From Bryobacterales bacterium (GTDB lineage: Bacteria; Acidobacteriota; Terriglobia; Bryobacterales; Bryobacteraceae): DNA of 53,310 nt. The notes beneath the pieces were generated by a model. The model did not search any database and was not told the origin of the DNA. It worked only from the letters and a program-made list of their open reading frames with translations. Location: NCBI GenBank assembly GCA_025462965.1, contig JAOAPQ010000434.1:1-53310 (forward strand), written 5' to 3'. The position numbers were made by a program, and so were the translations under genes. This document shows, piece by piece, positions 35,176 to 44,168 of this stretch. Every line of letters begins with the position of its first letter. Position 1 is the first letter of the stretch.

Positions 35176-36408
35176 ATGAAGCACTCGATAGCGGTTTTTG
35201 ATTATCAGGTGCGGGCCACGAATCCCATTGGGAGCTGTCATTTGCAAGTGCTGCTAGAACTCTCGCAGGAATTCACCTTTACGGTCTTCGCCGTCGACTT
35301 CGACAATCCCTGCCCCGACAGAATTCGGTTCGTCCGGATTCCAGTGCCGCGACGCCCCTTGGTGCTCCTGTTCTTGAGTTATCACCTGCTTGCTCCTCTC
35401 TGGTACCTGGCGCACCGCTGGAAGCAGAAGGCGCGTTTTGATCTCATCCAAATGGTGGAGAGCAACCTCAGTTTTGGGACGATCTCGTACGCGCATTTTT
35501 GCCACAGGAATTACTTGAAGGCACATTGGCCAGTTTCCCGGCCCAGCGGACTTCGTCGCTTCTTTCGCTGGCTCGATCATGAGTGTCATGCGATCCTGGA
35601 ACCCTTTGTCTACCGTCGCATTCGGCGCATCGTTGTTCCCTGTAATGGCCTCGCCCGAGAGCTGGCGGCCGAGTATAGCTTCACTGATAAAAAGGTGCAC
35701 GTCCTCCCAAATCCGGTTGACAACAATCGCATGAAGCGGCCTGCCGGTTTTGAGCGCACCAAACACCGTGAAGGTCTTGGAGTTTTTGGGGCAGATACCG
35801 TATTGCTGTTTGTGGCGCTCGGGCATTTCGAGCGCAAGGGCCTGCCGCTTATTCTCGGATCTCTGCAAAAACTCGGCCGGCGAGATTTGAAGCTACTCGT
35901 CGTAGGAGGCTCTCCCGGTCTTGTTAAGGATTACGAAAGGCGCTCTCATACTCTCGGGTTAGAGCGACAGGTAACGTTCCTGGGGATGCAGCCGGATGTT
36001 CGGCCGTTCCTTTGGATGGCAGACGCGCTTGTTTTCCCAACGGCATACGAAGTGTTCTCCCTCGCTTCTCTTGAGTGTGCCGCTGCGGGCGTGCCGATGA
36101 TCCTGACAAAAGTGAATGGTATTGAGGAGTTCGTAGAACATGGGCGGAATGGCATATTGATCGAGCGCAGTGTCGAGGGTATTGTGGCTGGGATCGAGAT
36201 GTTCCTCTTGCTCCTTCCCGAGGCGCGCAGGGAACTGGGGAATGCAGCCCAGCGCGACGTAGAGCGGTACGCAGTAAAAGAGTTCGTTGCCGGTTGGCGA
36301 AAGTTCTATCAAGCTACCCTCAGCGGCTGCTCCCCTGAAGAACTACGCACTTCTAGTGTTGATGGCAGTTCTCCGCGGGTCGACCGGGTTGGGCAGCCGG
36401 CTTCCTAG
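35176..36408 (+). CDS. Glycosyltransferase family 4
   Basis: The GT4 motif is PTAYEVFSLASLECAAAGVPMILTKVNGIEEFVEHGRNGILIE. Confidence 0.85.
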   Translation: MKHSIAVFDYQVRATNPIGSCHLQVLLELSQEFTFTVFAVDFDNPCPDRIRFVRIPVPRRPLVLLFLSYHLLAPLWYLAHRWKQKARFDLIQMVESNLSFGTISYAHFCHRNYLKAHWPVSRPSGLRRFFRWLDHECHAILEPFVYRRIRRIVVPCNGLARELAAEYSFTDKKVHVLPNPVDNNRMKRPAGFERTKHREGLGVFGADTVLLFVALGHFERKGLPLILGSLQKLGRRDLKLLVVGGSPGLVKDYERRSHTLGLERQVTFLGMQPDVRPFLWMADALVFPTAYEVFSLASLECAAAGVPMILTKVNGIEEFVEHGRNGILIERSVEGIVAGIEMFLLLLPEARRELGNAAQRDVERYAVKEFVAGWRKFYQATLSGCSPEELRTSSVDGSSPRVDRVGQPAS

Positions 36409-36486
36409 CTTGAACCGTGGGAGCGCAACGGTTTCACAACGCTCCGGTCTTTTGAAGGTATCTTCGTCCAAAAACGTTAGGGGCAG

Positions 36487-37695
36487 ATGAGCACTGTATT
36501 TATAAAGTCCTGTCCCGTCTGCACAGGCACATCTGTCCACACTTTCGTTACGATATCCGGCGTACCCGTCAACTGTTCGGGGCTGCGGTTGAGTGCCGAG
36601 GAGGCGGTCCGGGTCTCCCGGGGAGACGTGGTCCTTGGCTTCTGCGCGGACTGCGGGATGATTTACAACGTCGAGTTCGATCCTGCTCTGCTTGAGTACG
36701 ACGACTCCTATGACAATTCTCTCCATTTCTCCGCGACCTTCCAGGAGTATGCTGAGGGCCTAGCCCACAGGTTGATCAACACCTACGACCTCCGAAATAG
36801 GGATATCGTTGAGATCGGATCCGGGGATGGCCACTTCCTTAATCTGCTCAGTGAGCTGGGCGGCAACAGATGCGTCGGATTCGATCCCAGTTATCGAGCC
36901 GATGGCACGACCCCGACAGGTAGATCAGTCGCTATCATTCCCGACCTTTATCGCGAGGCCTATGCAGGGTATCCGGCTGATCTGATCTGTTGTCGCCACG
37001 TGCTGGAACACATGGCAACCCCTCGGGAGTTACTCGGGAGCTTGCGGCGGATCGCCGGCTCGCGAGAGGCGCCTGTTCTCTATTTTGAGGTCCCGGACGC
37101 CCGGGCCGTGCTCAACGCTTCGCTCTGGGATGTTATCTACCCGCACTGTTCATATTTCACGCCTGTCGCGTTGCGCCGCCTGTTTCTCGAAAGCGGGTAC
37201 GTGATACTTGGGCTAGGGACGGCTTATGGGGACCAGTTTCTGTATATTGAGGCGGCACCGCGTGCCGGAGCGCGAGTGTCCGTGGAACAGGAAGAGGCTG
37301 AACTGGAGAAGGTCGCGCGGCTTGTTGCTCGCTTCGAGAAGCACTTTAGCGATTGTGTGGAACGATGGAACGGCCATCTTGATCGTCTGTCTGCGGCTGG
37401 CAATCGGACCGTACTCTGGGGAGCTGGAGCCAAAGGCGTAACGTTCTTAAATGTTGTGCCGGCAGGGAGGAAGGTTCGAGCGGTAGTCGATCTCAATCCG
37501 CGGAAGCAGGGAATGTATGTTCCAGGTACTGGACAAGCCATCCTCGCTCCGCAGGGCTTGACGCAACTCCAGCCGGATGTTGTCGTGCTTCTCAACCCTT
37601 TGTACAAAGCGGAAGTCCAGGCTTGTCTGGACCAAATGGGACTTGCGGCGGAGGTCCTCACTGAACCCTTCTCCACAAGGGGCGCGACAGTGTGA
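36487..37695 (+). CDS. C-methyltransferase-type class I SAM methyltransferase, paralog 3
   Basis: The Zn-ribbon is CPVC...CADC. The SAM motif is IVEIGSGDGHFL. The C-terminal domain reads RTVLWGAGAKGVTFLNVV...VVDLNPRKQGMYVPGTGQAILAPQGL. Confidence 0.8.
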   Translation: MSTVFIKSCPVCTGTSVHTFVTISGVPVNCSGLRLSAEEAVRVSRGDVVLGFCADCGMIYNVEFDPALLEYDDSYDNSLHFSATFQEYAEGLAHRLINTYDLRNRDIVEIGSGDGHFLNLLSELGGNRCVGFDPSYRADGTTPTGRSVAIIPDLYREAYAGYPADLICCRHVLEHMATPRELLGSLRRIAGSREAPVLYFEVPDARAVLNASLWDVIYPHCSYFTPVALRRLFLESGYVILGLGTAYGDQFLYIEAAPRAGARVSVEQEEAELEKVARLVARFEKHFSDCVERWNGHLDRLSAAGNRTVLWGAGAKGVTFLNVVPAGRKVRAVVDLNPRKQGMYVPGTGQAILAPQGLTQLQPDVVVLLNPLYKAEVQACLDQMGLAAEVLTEPFSTRGATV

Positions 37696-37783
37696 ATCGT
37701 CAGGTGACGGTGGGTTAGAAACACTCGTGTATCCAAAAGAGCTTCGCCGGGTCGAGTAGGCGTTGTGCACATCGGGAAACGTT

Positions 37784-39097
37784 ATGTGGCGTAAGGTCAT
37801 TCTGGTGCTGGTTGTCGGCTACGTCACCTTGGGCAGGTCGTTCGCTTATATAGGAATCCCCCCGCTGAAGATCTTCATAGGAGAACTGTTCCTGGTCGCA
37901 TTTCTTCTATTCCGATCGCGGGCTGTAATAGCCGAATGGTTTGAGGGGTTGTTAAATCCCTATCGCACAACGCACAACTTTTCGTGGGCGCTACTCTTGT
38001 TCTTTCAGTATGGAGTCTTCGAGGCACTACGCGGGATCAGCTTAGGGTACAGCGTCCTTATCGCACTGCAAAACCTTGTATTTAACATATACCCGATCTA
38101 TTTCTTCGTGGGTCTTTGGGCGTCGCGAGATTCTGAGTTCCTGTCCCGCCTGGTCCGTATTCAGCTGTGGATAACAGCCATTTACGGACCCGCCTATGTT
38201 CTCTTCCTGAGTCAGGTCCCGGCGGTACTTCCCTCAAGCAACGTTCCGCTCTTCGGTTACAACGGCGCCTTGCTAGGGATTCTTGGCGCGATCTGCCTTG
38301 AGCGCAATCTGGCCCGTGTCTGGCTGCCACTTGTGTTGAACACTTTTGTAATGCTCTCCGCCCAGGTCAGGTCGGAATGGCTGTCATGTTTTTTGAGCGT
38401 AGGGTTGTGGTCAATCATCACTGGGCGGACGAAACGATTTGCAGGGGGCTTGATGCTCGTGGCAGCCCTCCTCGCGATCGGCTATTTGGCGGATCTCCGC
38501 CTTCCGTCTCCCCGGGGCAGAGGGGGAGAACTGTCCTCGCGGGAGATCGTGGTGCGAGCAGCCGCCATCATCGACCCGGCCTGGGCGATCGAGCATAGCA
38601 GAAGCGGGGGGATGTATGCTGGGACCATTTCGTGGAGAAAGGCCTGGTGGAGCGCGATCTGGGATTCCGTACACGCCGCGCCATTAACCGCGATGGTAGG
38701 CCAGGCGTATGGCTTCCGACTCGCGGACGTTGTTCCATACCTGCGCGGAGATGATATTCGAACTCCCCACAACATACTTTTCTATGTTCTGGGTCACACT
38801 GGGTGGCTTGGTGTTGCGTTGTTTGCAATCTTCCTTGCCAGCCTTTTGCATCTGATGTGGCGCACCTATCGTCTCACCGGTCAGCTGTTTGGAGTTCTCC
38901 TCTGGGTTGCAGGAGTGTCCTCCGGCTGCTTTGGAAATCTGTTCGAGTCCCCGTCCGGCGCGATCCCCTTCTATTTGTTTATGGGTATGGCCGCCGCACC
39001 GGTCGTGCATCGCAAGATGGGCCGCGCTGAGGAAGAAGTAGTTACCAGTAGGCCCGTACCGGCACTATTGCGGGTTCGTGACGCAAACTTTACCTAA
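37784..39097 (+). CDS. O-antigen ligase/polymerase-like (Wzy-type) integral membrane protein
   Basis: ORF track gives 37763..39097, and I use ATG 37784 (MWRKVILVLVVGY). The protein has about 10 or more hydrophobic segments. A Wzy_C-like loop reads WRKAWWSAIWDSV...GQAYGF...PHNILFYVLGHTGWLG. Confidence 0.8.
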   Translation: MWRKVILVLVVGYVTLGRSFAYIGIPPLKIFIGELFLVAFLLFRSRAVIAEWFEGLLNPYRTTHNFSWALLLFFQYGVFEALRGISLGYSVLIALQNLVFNIYPIYFFVGLWASRDSEFLSRLVRIQLWITAIYGPAYVLFLSQVPAVLPSSNVPLFGYNGALLGILGAICLERNLARVWLPLVLNTFVMLSAQVRSEWLSCFLSVGLWSIITGRTKRFAGGLMLVAALLAIGYLADLRLPSPRGRGGELSSREIVVRAAAIIDPAWAIEHSRSGGMYAGTISWRKAWWSAIWDSVHAAPLTAMVGQAYGFRLADVVPYLRGDDIRTPHNILFYVLGHTGWLGVALFAIFLASLLHLMWRTYRLTGQLFGVLLWVAGVSSGCFGNLFESPSGAIPFYLFMGMAAAPVVHRKMGRAEEEVVTSRPVPALLRVRDANFT

Positions 39098-39245
39098 TTA
39101 TCGTATAGAACCGTAGGTTTTCTCATGCTTTTCTGCCCAGCGAGCAAACGCGCGCCGGACCTTCGGCACGATGGGCTGCTTGTACCGGTCGTTGCCGGTG
39201 CAGTCCGGATGTCGGGCGGCTGACGCCCGATCAACATTAAGGACA

Positions 39246-40052
39246 ATGATAAAGGAGCAAGAAGTGGGAATGGGCCAGCATATCCGCGAAATCACCAGGA
39301 CGCCATATTATCGTCGGAGTCCTCTGGAAACGCTCCGGTACACGTATGCGAAGTTTTGTTTTTCCAGGTACAGGTTAGATAGCCCCGAGCAGTTCCTGAA
39401 GTCCCTCGGCTTAGAACCGGAGCTGGCACTGTCAGGTTTTGAGAAATGGCGCTCCCTCTTAGAAGGAGTTGTCCACTCAGTCCGGACGCGGGACGCCGAG
39501 GGCGCGCACGGGGGAGTGAGCATGGAGGATGGAACCATCCTTTATGGCATCACCCGCGCGATCCGGCCACAGCATGTGATTGAAACGGGCGTCGCCGCGG
39601 GTGTTTCGAACGCATTTCTCAGTGCTGCTTTGATTGAGAATGGTACCGGCTTTCTTCATTCGATCGAGCTGCCCCCGGTTCTGACGGCCCATACGGTCAT
39701 GCAGGACGGATCAAGTTACAAGTGGGACGCGACTGGAGTTGGTTGGGCGATCCCGCCTCAGATTCGAGAGGCGATCGCGCCTCGACATTCCCTGATCCTG
39801 GAAGATGTAAAGACGGCACTTCCCCGACTACTGGACAGCTTGCCGATGGTGGACCTCTTCTTCCACGACGATCTGCACACGCCGGATCACATGCTCTGGG
39901 AGTACGAACTAGTTTGGCCCCGGCTCCGCCCCGGAGGAGTCCTTTTGTCGGACGATGCCGATTACGGATGGCTGCGCTTCTGCAGACACTTTTCACTGGG
40001 GAGGGATCGGTTTCAAAACATTCAGCGGCTCACGGGGGCACGAAAGCCTTAA
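39246..40052 (+). CDS. Class I SAM-dependent methyltransferase (Methyltransf_24 / O-MT family-3-like)
   Basis: ORF track gives 39171..40052. Candidate starts are ATG 39246, GTG 39264 or ATG 39270, with AGGAG at 39253-39257. Motifs are HVIETGVAAGVSNAFL, FFHDDLHT and PGGVLLSDD. Confidence 0.7.
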   Translation: MIKEQEVGMGQHIREITRTPYYRRSPLETLRYTYAKFCFSRYRLDSPEQFLKSLGLEPELALSGFEKWRSLLEGVVHSVRTRDAEGAHGGVSMEDGTILYGITRAIRPQHVIETGVAAGVSNAFLSAALIENGTGFLHSIELPPVLTAHTVMQDGSSYKWDATGVGWAIPPQIREAIAPRHSLILEDVKTALPRLLDSLPMVDLFFHDDLHTPDHMLWEYELVWPRLRPGGVLLSDDADYGWLRFCRHFSLGRDRFQNIQRLTGARKP

Positions 40053-40458
40053 AAGCGGTCACTTCGACAGGGACGTAGTCTAAACCAGCATTCCAATTTG
40101 GCTGCGTGAGCGCGATTGACCATACATCCGATCTCCTCCGTTGGATCCGATCTTCTCATCCTTTTCCACTCCGATCGCCTTCGGCGCCCCTGGAGGGGCC
40201 ATAAGAGTATTTTTTCAGGGGCACAGGAACGACGAAGTATTGGGCGCGAAACTGCGATGGTCCGGCTTTGCTGCGAATCGCAGACCTACCGCTACCGAAG
40301 GGGATTTTTAGTTTCTCTCGGCAGTATCGGGCCTCAGGACATTTCCTGGGCCGTAGCACCCAGTTATAGCTGCTGAATGGTTCTATCCGGACTCATCTAT
40401 GTTTCTGTTCACCCTTTACATCTCCTGTGGTTGAGCGCACTATGAGCGCGGTAACGCT

Positions 40459-41238
40459 ATGTTTGTGTTTTCACGCCTCCGGGAAGCGTCCCGGGTTCTC
40501 GGTCTCAAGACCGCAATGCTGCTGCGCGTTGCGCACTGGGTTAACTATGCCATCCGCACATTGAGGATCAGGTATCGACACCCGTCGGTCTTGATTCGAA
40601 TGAAGGGCTACCAGCATCCGGTGCACGCGCGGTTGGGGTCGAGTGACTCGCTCGTCCTCGACCAGATCTTCGTCCAGCGCGAATACTCGACCCTCGACAA
40701 CCTGACGCCTGCGCCAAGAATCATGATCGACTGTGGCGCCAACGTGGGATATTCGAGCATTTACTTTCTGAATCGTTATCCCGATTTGAAGGTGATCCTG
40801 TTAGAGCCAGACCACAGGAATGTAGAAATGTGCCGGCGTAACCTAATTCCTTACGCCGATCGCGCGCGAGTCATTCATGCCGGCGTGTGGAGCCGTTCAG
40901 TGGGACTGGTGATTTCTGGAGCCGACTGGGCAGCGAGAGTGAGGGAGGCGAGGCCGCAAGAGAAGCCGGATGTTCATTCGATGGATATCCTCTCCCTGAT
41001 TTCGCTGACGCCAGACGGCGAAGTAGATCTGCTGAAGGTCGATATCGAGTGGAGCGAAATCGTCGTATTTGGCGAGGGGGCAGAAGGCTGGCTTCCAAAC
41101 GTTCACAACATCGCAATCGAACTCCACGGGACGGAGTGTGAAACTGTGTTTTTTAAGGCCCTTGAGTCTTGCCACTACGAGTCTTCCAGATCCGGCGAAC
41201 TCACATTTTGTCTGAATATGCGTCCTAAGTGCAGCTGA
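40459..41238 (+). CDS. FkbM-family methyltransferase
   Basis: Motifs are IMIDCGANVGYSSIYFLNRYPDLKVILLEPDHRNVEMCRRNL and LLKVDIEWSE. Confidence 0.8.
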   Translation: MFVFSRLREASRVLGLKTAMLLRVAHWVNYAIRTLRIRYRHPSVLIRMKGYQHPVHARLGSSDSLVLDQIFVQREYSTLDNLTPAPRIMIDCGANVGYSSIYFLNRYPDLKVILLEPDHRNVEMCRRNLIPYADRARVIHAGVWSRSVGLVISGADWAARVREARPQEKPDVHSMDILSLISLTPDGEVDLLKVDIEWSEIVVFGEGAEGWLPNVHNIAIELHGTECETVFFKALESCHYESSRSGELTFCLNMRPKCS

Positions 41239-41318
41239 TGCCTAGGAGCGGCCTCGGACCGATGCACCTAGTTACGGGAGTATCCCACGACTAGAATCGG
41301 TCGATTGAGCCTTTGGTT

Positions 41319-42338
41319 ATGACTGATGTCAACCCCGAACTTGTGGTAATCATCTGTTCGGCTAACCGCGCAGTGATTCTGCACGAGACGCTCGTGTCTC
41401 TGGCACGTCAGACCCACTCACCGGAACACATCGTCGTCTGCGTGCCAGATGAGACATCCGTACTGGCGAGTACGCGCGAGTTACCGCGGACTCGGATCAT
41501 TATTGGGCCGAGAGGGCTCACGGCTCAGCGGAATTTTGCAGTCAGCCAGGTGGCGTCCGGCTCTGAGCTTATTCTGTTCCTGGATGATGATGTGGAGCTT
41601 GTAGACCGCTTCATAGCCCGGATCAGGTCCACGTTCGCCCGTTGTCCGGACGTAGTGTTAGCTGGGGGGGTCGACATCGGCCACGGCGAGTCGGCCGCTT
41701 CCCTCACGCGCGAGGCGGCACGACATCTGCTCGATATAACCCCGAGGAAACAGGGCCGTGACCAAACCTCGTTTCAGAACCTGTCCCGCCGCGGGCAATT
41801 CTGGCGTTGGCATCTGAAACACTCGACGAGGAATTCCGGTTGTGCGCTCTGCGTTGCGAAGCGGCTCGCGTTGGAACCTTCAACAGGCGATTCTGTACTC
41901 ATCAACGTTCCAAACATCGTGGGATGTGCGATGTGCGTCAGGAGGTCGCTCCTATTCAAGGTTCGGTTCGACGAGCGCCTGGTGAGATACGGATATCTCG
42001 AGGACCTCGATTTCAGCTCGCAATGCCGCCGCCACGGCGGGGTGGTGGTAGACACCCGGGCGATTCTTGTCCACCTCACAGTTCCAAGCGGCCGCAGTTC
42101 GGAACTCAGGCGAGGCTTTTCGGAAGTCATGAACCCTCTGTACATCTGGAGCAAGGGGAATGCTTCTTTTTTTCGGACCCTGCTGTTCAGTCACCTGATC
42201 AGGCGGCCCCTGGAAAATCTTGTGCGGTCCGGCTGGAGTCACGCCGCACGAGAGCGTCTAAAAGGCAACCTTGTCGCTTTCTCACGCTTGCTACGGGGAG
42301 CGCTGGAACCGGATTACGTTCTGAACCTTCGCGATTGA
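41319..42338 (+). CDS. Glycosyltransferase family 2-like
   Basis: ORF track gives 41313 (TTG), and I prefer ATG 41319. Motifs are VVIICSANRAVILHETLVSLARQT and ILFLDDDVEL. Confidence 0.75.
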   Translation: MTDVNPELVVIICSANRAVILHETLVSLARQTHSPEHIVVCVPDETSVLASTRELPRTRIIIGPRGLTAQRNFAVSQVASGSELILFLDDDVELVDRFIARIRSTFARCPDVVLAGGVDIGHGESAASLTREAARHLLDITPRKQGRDQTSFQNLSRRGQFWRWHLKHSTRNSGCALCVAKRLALEPSTGDSVLINVPNIVGCAMCVRRSLLFKVRFDERLVRYGYLEDLDFSSQCRRHGGVVVDTRAILVHLTVPSGRSSELRRGFSEVMNPLYIWSKGNASFFRTLLFSHLIRRPLENLVRSGWSHAARERLKGNLVAFSRLLRGALEPDYVLNLRD

Positions 42339-42408
42339 ACAGGCTAAGGGCCAAATATATGCGACGTCGACCCGACTCGGTCTTCCGTCGTCTCGGTCCA
42401 AAGGTCCA

Positions 42409-44046
42409 GTGATCATGCTTATAGACGCGTGTTCTACCCGGAGAGCAGCCATTGGGAGGTTGTTCCTTCAGGTGACCATTCTCCCTGTGCTTACTGCAAG
42501 TCTGGGGCAAATCGACAAACATGCGAGTTCGGCGCGGTTCTTCGCACGTAACGGACCGGATTACACGATCGGAATCGCGAATAAGCAGGAGTTCTACGAT
42601 CTTTACGCAAAGAGCTCGCTCGGGGTCGTGCTAAATCAAACAGGGCGAAACGGGTTTGTGGGAACCTCGATCTGCGATGCTGACGGAATTCCGCCCGGAG
42701 TTCTCTCGTCTTTCCTGCCCGCAGGCGTCACGGGTACAGGAACCACAGTACTCAGCTTGACTTCGGGTCCGCTGCGGGTCGGGGGCACTTTTGAGATCAA
42801 AATAAAATGCAGAGTTTCGGGCTATCCGGTTCGGGAGGATCAAGCCCTTATTCACCTTCAGGCCCGAAATGCTCCAGACGATACGACCGCCGTTCAGGGA
42901 AAGATCAACGCGTGTCCTCCGAAAGGAACGGTTGTGTTCCAGGGAAGCTACTATATCTCCTCGCCTCTGGTGATCAAGCCGGACTGCACCTATGAGGGTC
43001 GAGCATCACAAAGTCAACCGAAGCCCGTACTCTACGGGTACCGGGGCGGAAGAGGCGCAGGCGGCTACCCCATCCTGCAGATTACCTCGGGGATCCAAAA
43101 CATTGCCTTCCACAACATTATCTTTGACGGCGGAGGTTTGGTGTTTACGGCCGATGATACCAATGCTTCGCGCGTGACGGTAAACCTCTGTGTCTTTCAA
43201 AACATAAATAATACCGGCCCATTGGGATATGGCCCGGGACACCTTGGCCTGCTATTCAACGGCGCTAACATCTTCAGCGGCCTCGACATTACCCGTAACA
43301 GCTTCTACAGCATCACTTATGGAAACAACATCACCTACGGTACTGCCGATTTCAACTCTACGCTATGCAGCCAGGATCCCATGTGTGGGAACGAGTGGAG
43401 TCCGGGAGCTCTGCAGGTGTTTGCCGCGACTGACTACAACATAACTGACAACCGGTTCGAGATCATAGGCATGGATGCCATAAAGCAGGTGCAGAACTTG
43501 CGTGATTATCGGCATTTTGGTCCATACCATATCGACCGGAATACTTTCTATCAGATTCATCGTATTGCCATTGAGGACCAGGATGGACATAGCAATGGAT
43601 CTTCTTTGTACTGCGTTAACAACCTGACCGTCAACAATAATTACGTAGGTTCTTTCATCGCTCCCTATTACAGCTCGATGGGGCTCTCTATCCCCTTATG
43701 GTGCGGAGTCAACACAGAGTCGAACGAAAACACGATTCTCCTCGTACCAGACGGGCAATCACCGATTAACAAACGGTACAACTTTGCCTATGCGATTGAA
43801 ATGGGTGTGAATCGGGTGAACAACAATGTTATCAAGTCTGTAAACGGAGCCACCGGACCGGCGTACCACATTTCGGTGATGGTGGACCATGGAGAACTGC
43901 GCGGCAACAAAATCTGCGGGCCGAGTGTGACGACCACAGGCGGGGGGCTCTTCTACGGTATAAACAACAGCAACCACCGCCTGCAATTGCCCACTATCGG
44001 ACTGACTCAGTATTCTCCGACTTGTCTGTCTCCTGCGATCCAATAG
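42409..44046 (+). CDS. Right-handed parallel beta-helix (pectate-lyase-fold) protein, candidate polysaccharide lyase/hydrolase
   Basis: The start is GTG 42409 or ATG 42415. The N-terminus STRRAAIGRLFLQVTILPVLTASLG could be a Tat/Sec signal. Repetitive N.I....N segments are present. It is about 40% identical by eye to the N-terminal half of 44169..46562 (for example NACPPKGTVVF.G.Y, CTYEG, FDGGGL, RN.FYQIHR.AIE). Confidence 0.65.
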   Translation: MIMLIDACSTRRAAIGRLFLQVTILPVLTASLGQIDKHASSARFFARNGPDYTIGIANKQEFYDLYAKSSLGVVLNQTGRNGFVGTSICDADGIPPGVLSSFLPAGVTGTGTTVLSLTSGPLRVGGTFEIKIKCRVSGYPVREDQALIHLQARNAPDDTTAVQGKINACPPKGTVVFQGSYYISSPLVIKPDCTYEGRASQSQPKPVLYGYRGGRGAGGYPILQITSGIQNIAFHNIIFDGGGLVFTADDTNASRVTVNLCVFQNINNTGPLGYGPGHLGLLFNGANIFSGLDITRNSFYSITYGNNITYGTADFNSTLCSQDPMCGNEWSPGALQVFAATDYNITDNRFEIIGMDAIKQVQNLRDYRHFGPYHIDRNTFYQIHRIAIEDQDGHSNGSSLYCVNNLTVNNNYVGSFIAPYYSSMGLSIPLWCGVNTESNENTILLVPDGQSPINKRYNFAYAIEMGVNRVNNNVIKSVNGATGPAYHISVMVDHGELRGNKICGPSVTTTGGGLFYGINNSNHRLQLPTIGLTQYSPTCLSPAIQ

Positions 44047-44078
44047 GATTGGACGCTTCGTTCTCCCCAGCACTGCGT

Positions 44079-44114
44079 GACGAAAGGGGACTCAACCGCT
44101 GTCCCCCTTGCGTC
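44079..44114. terminator. Imperfect GC-rich hairpin between convergent genes (terminator-like, no U-tract)
   Basis: GACGAAAGGGGAC (44079-44091) pairs with GTCCCCCTTGCGTC (44101-44114) to give 12 bp with one mismatch and one bulge, and a 9-nt loop. No flanking T-run is present, so function is unproven. Confidence 0.3.
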
Positions 44115-44168
44115 ATGCCCATCCCCTAAAGACGGAAGATCACTGACTGTCGGCGACCGAACCTGCTA

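Noticed and set aside
40116-40376. 86-aa ORF in the 406-bp gap before the FkbM gene
   Set aside because: It has no RBS, no motif and an odd composition. Support for calling it a gene is insufficient.
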